Of a stretch of DNA of 64,000 nucleotides, positions 50,150-59,369 are shown piece by piece. Numbering within the stretch: position 1 is the stretch's first letter; every line of letters starts with the position of its first letter. Source of the DNA: a virus; the IMG/VR virus record IMGVR_UViG_3300042399_002267; one strand, written 5' to 3'. Under the pieces are notes generated by a model. It searched no databases. It was not told the origin of the DNA and saw only the letters and a list, made by a program, of their open reading frames with translations. Both the position numbers and the translations under genes were made by a program.

Positions 50150-50593
50150 CTATCTAAGTGGAATTCTATTTTTCCAACCATTTCCATCATCTACATTTTT
50201 CTGATATGTTGCTTCAAATGTAAAGGAATCTACGTCTCCAGCCATTGAAGGACTAGATGCTAAATTGCCTGGATCTATATACGCTGGACCTGGAACATTA
50301 TCTGGACCATGTAAAAGCCCTTCGATATTTTGTCCATCAGCTTCTCCACCCAAATCAAAATATTCTTTAGGAATTTTATTTGGTTTTTTGGTCTGTCTCC
50401 ACTCATCACCCTCTTTAAATTCATCTTCCAACTCGTCATATTCGACAAGATAAATATTTGGGTTTTTAGTGACAGATTGTTCTACATAATATTGGGCTAC
50501 TTTTTCAAAAATTAAATCAGAAGACTTGAAATTACCCTTACTATCTAGGATGTAGGCAATCCTTAATGTTTTATGGAGAATATTGAGATCCAT
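50150..50593 (-). CDS. hypothetical head-associated protein
   Basis: Start placed at ATG 50593. Contains LRIAYILDSKGNFKSSDLIFEKVAQ. Confidence 0.7.
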   Translation of the reverse strand: MDLNILHKTLRIAYILDSKGNFKSSDLIFEKVAQYYVEQSVTKNPNIYLVEYDELEDEFKEGDEWRQTKKPNKIPKEYFDLGGEADGQNIEGLLHGPDNVPGPAYIDPGNLASSPSMAGDVDSFTFEATYQKNVDDGNGWKNRIPLR

Positions 50594-50615
50594 AATCTTT
50601 GTGTTACTTAATTTT

Positions 50616-51737
50616 TCACAAATTTCCTGCAAATTCTTTTTTTACAACTTGTAATGCATTTTCAATAGTAGTGTCCATATCAAAATATTTATAATTGCCT
50701 AATCTTCCACCAATTAATAAATTTGGACAATTGACAGATGCAAAATTTCTATACTTTTCGTATTTTTCATTATTGATTTCATCATTTATTGGATAGTATG
50801 GATCTTCATTAGGAATGTTTTTATCAAATGTTTTTGAATACTCATAAGTAATTACTTTTTCATCTGATTTACTATTGTAAAAATAATTATGTTGAATGAT
50901 TCTCGTAAAATGAAAATCCTCAGATGGATATGTCATCAATGCCGTGCCTTGAATGTCAATCTTTGTATTGTAACTACTATGTTTGAGTGTTCGGTATTCT
51001 AAATCTCCAAACATGTAATTAAAATATTGATCAATAGGTCCTGTGTAAATTACTTTTTCAGCCAAAGAGTTTAAAAAATCTCTATTTACAATGTAATCAC
51101 ATTCTAACCAAACAACAATGCCTGATAATAGTTTTTCAAAAATTGAAGTGTAACCATGAATCGGAATACCTTCGTAAACATGATCATCAGAATAATATCG
51201 ATCATTTAAAGAAAATCTTAATGGTATTCGTTTAGCAATTGATGCTGGTAATAATTTTGGCTCTCTGCCCCATTGTTTTTTGGTGTATCCGTAGAAAAAC
51301 ATTTCGTACAAAGTTCTACCCATGGTGCTAAGACAATATTCTTCGAAATTTTGTGGATTTTCAAATAAAATTTTATCTGAATTAATTCTTTCTTTTGCTT
51401 GAAGTGGAGTGACAACATCATTCCAAACATGATGAATAGTAGATAAATTTATTGGCAAAGAATAGATTTTATTATTTACAAAAGCTTTATTTCTTAGAGT
51501 GAAATTATTAAATTCTGCAAATTTATTTATATAATCCCAAACATATTTTTTTGAAGTATGAAAAATATGTGGACCATATTTGTGTATATGATAATCTTCA
51601 AATGGTTCAGAATAACAATTTCCACCAATATGATTTCTTTTATCAACTACTAATACTTTTTTACCTAATTTATTAGCTTCATAAGCAAAAATGGAGCCGA
51701 ATAATCCGGCTCCAACAATAAGATAATCATATTTCAT
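50616..51737 (-). CDS. glf: UDP-galactopyranose mutase
   Basis: YDYLIVGAGLFG, HIGGNCY, HKYGPHIFHT, PYYP, GRLGNYKYFDMD. Confidence 0.93.
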   Translation of the reverse strand: MKYDYLIVGAGLFGSIFAYEANKLGKKVLVVDKRNHIGGNCYSEPFEDYHIHKYGPHIFHTSKKYVWDYINKFAEFNNFTLRNKAFVNNKIYSLPINLSTIHHVWNDVVTPLQAKERINSDKILFENPQNFEEYCLSTMGRTLYEMFFYGYTKKQWGREPKLLPASIAKRIPLRFSLNDRYYSDDHVYEGIPIHGYTSIFEKLLSGIVVWLECDYIVNRDFLNSLAEKVIYTGPIDQYFNYMFGDLEYRTLKHSSYNTKIDIQGTALMTYPSEDFHFTRIIQHNYFYNSKSDEKVITYEYSKTFDKNIPNEDPYYPINDEINNEKYEKYRNFASVNCPNLLIGGRLGNYKYFDMDTTIENALQVVKKEFAGNL

Positions 51738-51753
51738 ATGATTATTTTACATA

Positions 51754-52809
51754 TTAACTTGGGTTTGGTGAAAAGTGCCCATATAGTCCAATCCCATCAT
51801 AAATTTCTTCAACACCCTTATCTTCTCCACCCATGTCATTATAATCATAATAATTTCCAGGAAAAGACTTGCCATGCTGATTGAAAATACTTATTTCTTT
51901 AGGATTCATTTGAATTTTTTTACCCATCTCTTGCATTGGAACAACATTAGCTTTTGTATCTGGATATGGATTTCTTAGCATGGTCTCTTCATTGTATCCC
52001 GATGTGTCTTGATAAGATCTGTTAGCTTGATTACCTTCATTTAAGTATTCTTCAAGACCTTCGAAACCTGCTAAACCATCTAAAACTTTATATTGTCCAT
52101 CTGGAAAAGAATGAAATTGATATTCATCAAATTGATTATTTGGCTCACCTTCTGGCTTTACAGTAAACCTATTACGTCTCTTTACAGGATAGTCATAATC
52201 TTGAGGATCATGAACAAAACCATATTCTTTTGCAGTTCTGTTTGGATTGTTAGAAGAGATTACATCATGTCGTCTTTGAGGTTTTATTTGATCAGGAACT
52301 TTATCTTCGTATTCGTGAGCTCTTTTTTTGCTGTCATCAAAATGCCTTCTCTCAGCTAAACTTTCTTCCATTGTTCTTAAGTGTTCAGGTTTAGCATGAA
52401 AGTTTTCTTTGATATATGCTGGGCTATTTTTGATTAAACTTGATGCATGGTCTTCCAAAGATTTTTTGTAATTGTGAAGTTGCATTCTTAATTTTAATTT
52501 TAGTCTTTCAGTGGAAGACAATTCGTAATTAAGATCACCATCGGTATATGTGTGTTGAACAGAAAGTTGTTTCTCAATATTTTCATCATTTACATTATAT
52601 TGATCTAAATAAATATGGGTTTTTGAAAGAATTTTTTCAAAACTGTCGTCTTCATCAACATAAATATTAAGCTCAGAACCACCACGATTGGTGCCACCCC
52701 TTCCAAAAGGGCTACGACCAGGAGAGAAAGGTGATCCATTACCACCACCACCTACGCCACCAAATTGTGCGGTTTTGATATTATTTGAAGACATAATGTT
52801 TTTTTCCAT
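51754..52809 (-). CDS. hypothetical head-associated protein
   Basis: 351 aa. N-terminal KTAQ is followed by a Gly-rich linker. Confidence 0.75.
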   Translation of the reverse strand: MEKNIMSSNNIKTAQFGGVGGGGNGSPFSPGRSPFGRGGTNRGGSELNIYVDEDDSFEKILSKTHIYLDQYNVNDENIEKQLSVQHTYTDGDLNYELSSTERLKLKLRMQLHNYKKSLEDHASSLIKNSPAYIKENFHAKPEHLRTMEESLAERRHFDDSKKRAHEYEDKVPDQIKPQRRHDVISSNNPNRTAKEYGFVHDPQDYDYPVKRRNRFTVKPEGEPNNQFDEYQFHSFPDGQYKVLDGLAGFEGLEEYLNEGNQANRSYQDTSGYNEETMLRNPYPDTKANVVPMQEMGKKIQMNPKEISIFNQHGKSFPGNYYDYNDMGGEDKGVEEIYDGIGLYGHFSPNPS

Positions 52810-52815
52810 AAAAAT

Positions 52816-54939
52816 TTATCTAAACCTTCCACCTAAATTCATCAATCTTGCATTAGGAAGTCTTATAATTATTTTTGATGTTAAACATTCATAAGATACA
52901 GCAGCTACAGCATCGCAAATGTCATCTTTGTATCCTGACAAAGACTCGATGTAATATCTTTTGCCTTTCCATTTCTTTTGTAAAAATTGAAATTGGATTT
53001 TAGCTTCTTGCACTTCATTAAGTGGTTGTCTTTCACCACGCATATCAAGATAACTACCACCTGAAATATCATACATGTCAATTCTTTCTTCTCTAATTAA
53101 TTGACTTAATTCAGTGTAAATATCTTCTTTGTATTGTTTATTAAAATGTTTTTCAACAATATTTATTCCAGCAGTTTTCAATCTTATAATTGAAGATTGT
53201 GAATTCCATTGATCAACACTAACTTGTTTAAATCTAAATCTTTTATGAAGATCAATGACATAATCTTCAACTTCTCTAGTGTCAATTGGTTGATTTTTGG
53301 ACATTGGATTCCAAAAGTGAATGTGATCAATAACTACTCGCTTAAGTGGTCTATTATCAGGACCTACAGTTCCATACATAGGCTCTGTATGAGCAACACA
53401 CAATGCATAATAATCTGATGTTCTAGCAGGATCTAAATGACAATAATATTCAAACATATTGTCAGCATATTCTTTTCTTTTGACCATACTCATGCTACTG
53501 AACATAGAATTAATCAAATCAGCCATAAACATAGGATCTTGAGAAGATGCACCAAATTCAGCCCCATATTGCATTTGAAATTCTGATGGATTTTTCTTTT
53601 TTTCGTTATCTAAAAATTCTTTCCCAATATTCGGATTTGCTAACCATGTTGGCAATCTCATTATCAAAGTCGTAGGATCTTCAACTCTGTTTTCATGCAA
53701 GTCGTGCAATAACCCAATAGGTCCTTTGGGGTTTGAAAGCATCATCATCTTTCCGTCTTTTCCAAAGGTTGCAAGAGATGGCTTCAAATCATCATATAAT
53801 GCGTAATCTAATCCTGAATCGGGATTATCACCTGCCATAGCAGCAATTTCGTCCATGATTATGCACCAGCAAGTTAGACCAACAAGACCTGATGCACTTG
53901 AAGAACCACATTTTAAAGTTAAAGAACCAGAAAATGGATTTAACCCTTGAGCAGTACGGCGTTCATTTTCCTTAATATCATGGTCTGTAAGGAATCTCAT
54001 TTCAAGTTCAGTGTCTTTGCCAATAAATGGATTGAAATATGGCGAGGCTAGTACTGTTTGTTTGATTTTTGAGAAGATAGCATTCTTTGCTTGTTCTTCA
54101 TTTTTAGCAACATTCAATAAAACAATTTGATCAAATTCCATTAAACCATATCTGGCTTGTGGATGACCCATAGAAATCAATCTGTACAGTTCATAAAGTG
54201 CAATAGCTGAGACTAAGAATGATTTTCCACTACGTCTTCCAAGTACCAGTACAAGTTCTTGAAATTTGTATCTATTTGTACATTTCTCGTATATTTGATG
54301 TCTTAGTTTGGAATCTATTTCATCAGAAAACAAAAGATCTTTTTCTGATTGAAAACCATCAATAACAGGTCTATCTGATAATTTATCTACAAGTCTGATT
54401 GCATCAAAGTTTGTAGCTTCTTCTTTTGCATCTTCATATCTTTTTATTCTGACATCATCATCTAAATTAACGCATTCAAGACATGGAGAGTTATCAACTG
54501 TAAAAAGTGGTTTTACTATTTTACCAAGTTTCTTTTTTCTTAAAGTATCTTCCTCATTGTCCTTGATATGTTTCCAAACGCACCCTTCGCATCCATTTCT
54601 TTCTTCTAAAGGAACATCTTGAATTTCTAAATTTTCATTTCCTTCTTGCCCCATATAAAAACACTTGAGAATCAATCTTTGCCAAGGATGTGGCTTCAGA
54701 TTACAAAAATAAGGGTGTTCTATAAATGTTATGATGTCTACGATTTGATCAGGGTTAAATCTTGTCTTCTCTGGTTTTTTTGGAGGGGATATATCAGTTC
54801 TGGCACTTGGCAAAATGATATCGTCAAACTCAGATGCATAGCCAGTGTCTTTGAAGAATTGAGAAACTTCATTAGCTTGCTGCATAAGTTGACTTTTGAG
54901 GTCATGTTGCGCTAATTTCTGCGGATTTGGTTTTCTCAT
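52816..54939 (-). CDS. terL: terminase large subunit
   Basis: Walker A VLGRRSGKS, Walker B IIMDEIA, coupling motif LSNP, nuclease HLDPA…SVDQW…DDICD. Confidence 0.92.
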   Translation of the reverse strand: MRKPNPQKLAQHDLKSQLMQQANEVSQFFKDTGYASEFDDIILPSARTDISPPKKPEKTRFNPDQIVDIITFIEHPYFCNLKPHPWQRLILKCFYMGQEGNENLEIQDVPLEERNGCEGCVWKHIKDNEEDTLRKKKLGKIVKPLFTVDNSPCLECVNLDDDVRIKRYEDAKEEATNFDAIRLVDKLSDRPVIDGFQSEKDLLFSDEIDSKLRHQIYEKCTNRYKFQELVLVLGRRSGKSFLVSAIALYELYRLISMGHPQARYGLMEFDQIVLLNVAKNEEQAKNAIFSKIKQTVLASPYFNPFIGKDTELEMRFLTDHDIKENERRTAQGLNPFSGSLTLKCGSSSASGLVGLTCWCIIMDEIAAMAGDNPDSGLDYALYDDLKPSLATFGKDGKMMMLSNPKGPIGLLHDLHENRVEDPTTLIMRLPTWLANPNIGKEFLDNEKKKNPSEFQMQYGAEFGASSQDPMFMADLINSMFSSMSMVKRKEYADNMFEYYCHLDPARTSDYYALCVAHTEPMYGTVGPDNRPLKRVVIDHIHFWNPMSKNQPIDTREVEDYVIDLHKRFRFKQVSVDQWNSQSSIIRLKTAGINIVEKHFNKQYKEDIYTELSQLIREERIDMYDISGGSYLDMRGERQPLNEVQEAKIQFQFLQKKWKGKRYYIESLSGYKDDICDAVAAVSYECLTSKIIIRLPNARLMNLGGRFR

Positions 54940-55628
54940 TAGTTGTCAGATTGAATTTTGCTCTTCAGGGTTTGTATTTCTTCCCTAATAATTCTTTTAT
55001 CAGTTTCAGAATCCATTTTTTCATGGAGTTTGACAAGTACATCAAAAATATTTATAGCATAGATACCTTGATTATCTCTTGCTTCTTTTAGATATAAAAT
55101 TTTTGTAATTAGTTTTTCAACCATTGCTGCTCTTTTGAGCTTCATATCATTATTTTTGGAACAATCCATTCCACGAACATCGTCAAGCTCCACAAGTAAA
55201 GCTGTAAGTGCTAATTGATGTTCTCTAAAAATCCAAGGAGCAATTAATTCTTCTCTTTGCTCATAATTCTTCAGACCTGAAGTTGCAATTTTCTTAAAAT
55301 CACAATGCTGGTCCATGTGTGTGTTAACTTGAACCCAGTTAAGTTTTGCATCAAAATACTTGTGGAAAAAATTGATTACTGATTGTGGCTTTTTACCACT
55401 TTCAAGATATACATGTTCAGCTAAGTCTCTAAAAGCTGAAGTACAAAGTGAACATCTTGGTTCAATAAACTGAGGATATTGAATATCACTCATATTGTCA
55501 GGAGGAAGAGGAGATAAGGGTCTATCTCCTTCTTTCAAATCCTTGAACATTCTAGAAGGTTTATCTATTGTTTTATCTACAGCAGGAATGATAGCATCAA
55601 CAATCTCTTCTTTATTATTATCTTGCAT
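54939..55628 (-). CDS. putative terminase small subunit (Zn-finger/HTH)
   Basis: Coupled to terL. CSLC…H…HMDQHC followed by a helical/coiled C-terminus. Confidence 0.5.
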   Translation of the reverse strand: MQDNNKEEIVDAIIPAVDKTIDKPSRMFKDLKEGDRPLSPLPPDNMSDIQYPQFIEPRCSLCTSAFRDLAEHVYLESGKKPQSVINFFHKYFDAKLNWVQVNTHMDQHCDFKKIATSGLKNYEQREELIAPWIFREHQLALTALLVELDDVRGMDCSKNNDMKLKRAAMVEKLITKILYLKEARDNQGIYAINIFDVLVKLHEKMDSETDKRIIREEIQTLKSKIQSDN

Positions 55629-55649
55629 AATGGCTTTATACAAAGCAGA

Positions 55650-55674
55650 ACAAGCCACTACTAGAGCGGCTTGT
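55650..55674 (-). terminator. hairpin between the first head-operon gene and terS/terL
   Basis: ACAAGCCGCT-ctagt-AGTGGCTTGT (one G-U pair) followed by a partly T-rich tail. Confidence 0.45.
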
Positions 55675-55693
55675 GCATTTTTTAGGATGAATA

Positions 55694-56407
55694 CTAATCA
55701 GATAGCGCTCTTTTAAGTCTCAAATATGGAGAGACTTGATCAGCAGCAGAAACTATATACTCATCTGCGATGCCGAAATCTGCATAATTTCCTTTTGTAA
55801 ATTTTTCACTTGTTGATGTTCCATTTGATAAATCTACTTCTGCTGAACCTTTTCTCATGCTTACAACATATTTATTTGAAGATGCAGTTTTAATTTCTGC
55901 ACTTTCTTTTTGAGCAATTAACACTGAATTTAACAATGCTTCTTCTACCCAAGGTTTTAATGCTACATGCAAATGTCCCTTGCCTTGATCAGAAGATTTA
56001 GCAATTTCAGCAACTCTTTGCCAAAATCCTAAACCACGCTCATCAGCTTTTACGATTGAATATGTACCTGAACAAAGTCTTTTTACAAATTCTCTTGCAC
56101 TGTATTTTTCAAGTGATTTTTCAATTACCGGAATACAATCTGCATATTTTGTTGGAACTATAGCGACACTAATAACTTCTTTTTGAGCAGATGTAGGCTC
56201 ATTAAATAAATTAGAAGCAACTCTGTCTGCTAATTCTAAATCGAAATTGTCTGCAGCTAATAACTCTACAACTTCTGATTTGGAAAATCCTTGGCTAGCA
56301 TATTTTTCAGCTTGGGAACTGGCTACAACAAATGCGCCATCACTAAGTGTACGCAACTCATTGCGCCAATTATAAATCATGTCATCGGATATGTTTTTTT
56401 CAACCAC
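55694..56407 (-). CDS. hypothetical protein, first gene of the head operon
   Basis: GTG at 56407 with SD GGGGAG. The longer 56572 start in the track runs through the intergenic region. Confidence 0.7.
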   Translation of the reverse strand: MVEKNISDDMIYNWRNELRTLSDGAFVVASSQAEKYASQGFSKSEVVELLAADNFDLELADRVASNLFNEPTSAQKEVISVAIVPTKYADCIPVIEKSLEKYSAREFVKRLCSGTYSIVKADERGLGFWQRVAEIAKSSDQGKGHLHVALKPWVEEALLNSVLIAQKESAEIKTASSNKYVVSMRKGSAEVDLSNGTSTSEKFTKGNYADFGIADEYIVSAADQVSPYLRLKRALSD

Positions 56408-56436
56408 AGTGACTTCTCCCCTTTTAAATAAAAATA

Positions 56437-56469
56437 ACCCTAGACAAGAATGTTGTATGTCAAGGGTTT
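56437..56469. repeat. inverted repeat in the divergent intergenic region
   Basis: AACCCTAGACA…TGTCAAGGGTT, 10 of 11 bases match. Confidence 0.55.
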
Positions 56470-56517
56470 TTGTGGAACATATCAATATAATACAAAGAAT
56501 TATAAAATATATTCCAT

Positions 56518-56543
56518 AGGTAATTATAGTTAGATTGTAAAAT
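56518..56543 (+). promoter_or_regulatory. candidate late promoter AGGT-N16-TAAAA
   Basis: AGGTAATTA tagttagattg TAAAAT, 12 nt before ATG 56556. Confidence 0.45.
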
Positions 56544-56555
56544 AATATCAGTATT

Positions 56556-59369
56556 ATGTGGAATTTTAGCATTCATAAAAAAACTGTAAAGGCAATGGAA
56601 GCCTTTGATGTCTTAAGTAGTGAGGGTATCGATTGGACTGGTTCATTCCAGGATACATTTAAAAAATACAATTTTAACTCTCATGATAAAATGCCTACCG
56701 TTTATGACCTAATAAATTTTATTAAGTATGCTAAAAATACAAGAATCTTGGATATTTATTCAAGAGATAAAAATAAAGGTTCTGATCTTAGATGGTTTTG
56801 CAAACAATTAATTACGTTTGTAGTTGATCAGCTTAGGCACACTGGATCTCCAAACGCAGACACACTTATCATTACTAATTTCTTAGCTCAATGTGCAAAA
56901 AATTATGAAACTGATAATCCTTATAATAAAATCGAAATTGGCACACCAGTTTCAAGTGAAAAAGCAATGACAATGTCAATGAAAAATTTAATTTCAATGA
57001 GATACGAAACATTGAATTTATTAACTGCAAATAATATTAACATTGAAAATAGTTGCATGATGTACATCATGAGAGGTGACGATGTCAAAAATCATGGTGT
57101 TAATGCAGATGATTATGCTAGAAATCAGATAATAGAACGTGCAATTGATAAATATCCTAAACTTGGATATTTTAAATCTTTAGACAGTGTTTTATTTTAT
57201 TTGAAAAGTGACATAGCCACAAAAGATAATTTGTTAGAAATTTCTGATTATCTTAAATCATTTTCTCTTTCTGGTTTGAAATTTACAGATTTATTTTCTT
57301 TTGTAGATGGATTGACAGGATCTAGTTTAGATGGAAAATCTATTAAAGATATTATTTATAATGTCCAGACTGATGATCAATTAGAAATATATCTTTATCT
57401 AAGAAACAAAGTGGTTAAAAATAATAATGATTATGAAATAACCAAATCTCTTTTAGAGATTGTTTATAAATTTTTATCTTCATTTTACTTAACTAAATCT
57501 AATATCGAAAAATTATTAAAAGATGATATGTTTGTTGAATATTGTCAAAATCAAGGCGAAAATATAAAAGATCTATGGTTGTATAAGGGTTTTTCAACAG
57601 TTGAAGTAATGCAAAACTACTTAACAAAAAATCCTGAAAAAATTAAGAATTTCTCAGAAGATGCATTGGCAAGATTAAACGCTACATCACTCCAAAATAT
57701 TAATCAATCAGCAATTGAAGCTCAACAATCAATTTTAAAAGATGGACTGTCTTTATTACAAAATGCTATAGACACAAATGTAATTAAGAAACTAGATCCT
57801 TTTGTAAGAGATTTTAATCGTGATTACTCATCAGAATATAAAAAGCCTGAAAAACCTTCAAATGCATCTCCAGAAGAAATGAAAGAATATGAATTGCAGG
57901 TTTCTGCAGCAAAAATCTTTACAGAATGGCAAATTAGTTATTTAGACAGAATGGAGCAAGAAAGATTATTTACATCTATTTCTAAAGAAGATTTGGAAAA
58001 ATATGCATCTAATATGATAATTCTAGAATTTGATGCAAATCAATTAAAAGTTTTTTTAGAATCAAAAAATATTACCAAATTTCAAATTCAAGGTGTAGAT
58101 TTTGTAAGTGGATTATGGAGAGGTTTATTTGTACCAAGGTTTCCTACACCTTCAGGACAACCTGTTCCAGCAATTGTAATTAGAACTGATGCATATGACT
58201 CTTTAGAACATCATAAACAGCTATCAGAAAATTTAGGATTTGAAGCTTTTAGGTTTACAGAATCTACTAGAAGACATGAAATTGCACATGCATTACAATA
58301 TCTTGCTGTTGGTGATGTTATGCTAATGGAACCGCAAGAATTAAATCCAGAGCTTACTGAAGGTGAAGCTTATATTATGGATCCGGCAGAATTGTATGCA
58401 AGAGTACATGGAGATATTCCTTATTTATATAATTTATTTGATTCTAGAATTAGAAATCTAACTGTTTCTAAAAAAATATATGAAGCTGCTAAAGAACAAT
58501 GGATTCACGACATTGTTAATGAAAAAATACACTTAATGTCTGGTGGTACTAATCTAAGAAGATTAATGATGCAAGATGAAACACCAGAATTTAGAAAAGA
58601 AAATTTTGGTAAATTAAAAAAATCTGATGGAACAGAAATTGAACTACCAGACCCTCTTGAGGCTATATCAAAAATTCTTGCAAGGCAAAGAATAAAACTT
58701 GAAATGATTTTTCATGATTTATTTACAGTTGCTGATAAAAGAGAAAAAAGAAAAGGTTTGATTAGCAAAAAGAATAGACTTAAAAAACAATTAGAAAGTC
58801 TTCCTGAATACGAATATTTAAAAAGAATTAATCTCGAGAAGGAACTTTATGAAGCAGAAACTGATTTGATAAAAGTTGGTCAAGAACTTATTGTTGATGT
58901 TGAAAATGTATCTACTTCTGTTTTAAAAGGTTATTTGAAAGATTATTTTACAAAAATAAGCAATGCTGTAGCTGAAGGTTTATTAGGACCCGATGTCCTG
59001 AATGTAGATGATCCTGATAGACCTAAATCTTCAGAAAAACCATCCGTCGAACCTGAATTGCCTACAGCTTCCGATATTTCTGATATTACTGAATTTATGA
59101 TTGGACAATCTAAACCAATTCCTGGTGGAAGAAAAATTGATGAAATTATTCCATCATTCATGGGCAAGGCTTTACCAGCTGATTCTTGGACTTGGGAAAA
59201 GGGGACGGATCCAAATAGTCCAGAAAACAGAAAAAGACCTAAGGGAAATTTTCCAGGAATAGAGCCTGTAAAGCCAATGCCTCAATCTAAAATAACTATT
59301 GATGCAGATGATCCATTCAAGACAGATAAAACTGCGTCAGTCTATAATCATAACAGATCAAAAAGATAA
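56556..59369 (+). CDS. large protein with a zincin metallopeptidase motif (937 aa)
   Basis: RRHEIAHALQY (HExxH) followed by YIMDPAELYAR (third-ligand Glu). Pro-rich C-terminal tail. Confidence 0.7.
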   Translation: MWNFSIHKKTVKAMEAFDVLSSEGIDWTGSFQDTFKKYNFNSHDKMPTVYDLINFIKYAKNTRILDIYSRDKNKGSDLRWFCKQLITFVVDQLRHTGSPNADTLIITNFLAQCAKNYETDNPYNKIEIGTPVSSEKAMTMSMKNLISMRYETLNLLTANNINIENSCMMYIMRGDDVKNHGVNADDYARNQIIERAIDKYPKLGYFKSLDSVLFYLKSDIATKDNLLEISDYLKSFSLSGLKFTDLFSFVDGLTGSSLDGKSIKDIIYNVQTDDQLEIYLYLRNKVVKNNNDYEITKSLLEIVYKFLSSFYLTKSNIEKLLKDDMFVEYCQNQGENIKDLWLYKGFSTVEVMQNYLTKNPEKIKNFSEDALARLNATSLQNINQSAIEAQQSILKDGLSLLQNAIDTNVIKKLDPFVRDFNRDYSSEYKKPEKPSNASPEEMKEYELQVSAAKIFTEWQISYLDRMEQERLFTSISKEDLEKYASNMIILEFDANQLKVFLESKNITKFQIQGVDFVSGLWRGLFVPRFPTPSGQPVPAIVIRTDAYDSLEHHKQLSENLGFEAFRFTESTRRHEIAHALQYLAVGDVMLMEPQELNPELTEGEAYIMDPAELYARVHGDIPYLYNLFDSRIRNLTVSKKIYEAAKEQWIHDIVNEKIHLMSGGTNLRRLMMQDETPEFRKENFGKLKKSDGTEIELPDPLEAISKILARQRIKLEMIFHDLFTVADKREKRKGLISKKNRLKKQLESLPEYEYLKRINLEKELYEAETDLIKVGQELIVDVENVSTSVLKGYLKDYFTKISNAVAEGLLGPDVLNVDDPDRPKSSEKPSVEPELPTASDISDITEFMIGQSKPIPGGRKIDEIIPSFMGKALPADSWTWEKGTDPNSPENRKRPKGNFPGIEPVKPMPQSKITIDADDPFKTDKTASVYNHNRSKR

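Noticed and set aside
50300-51860. Shared Y-x-D-x-GGE motif in the two proteins flanking glf (EYFDLGGEADG / YNDMGGEDKG)
   Set aside because: Too short, with only two instances, to distinguish from chance without an alignment.
37782-54939. Inteins in TerL, portal or protease
   Set aside because: No Cys/Ser-start plus His-Asn-Cys/Ser/Thr end blocks and no LAGLIDADG motifs are visible around the insertions.
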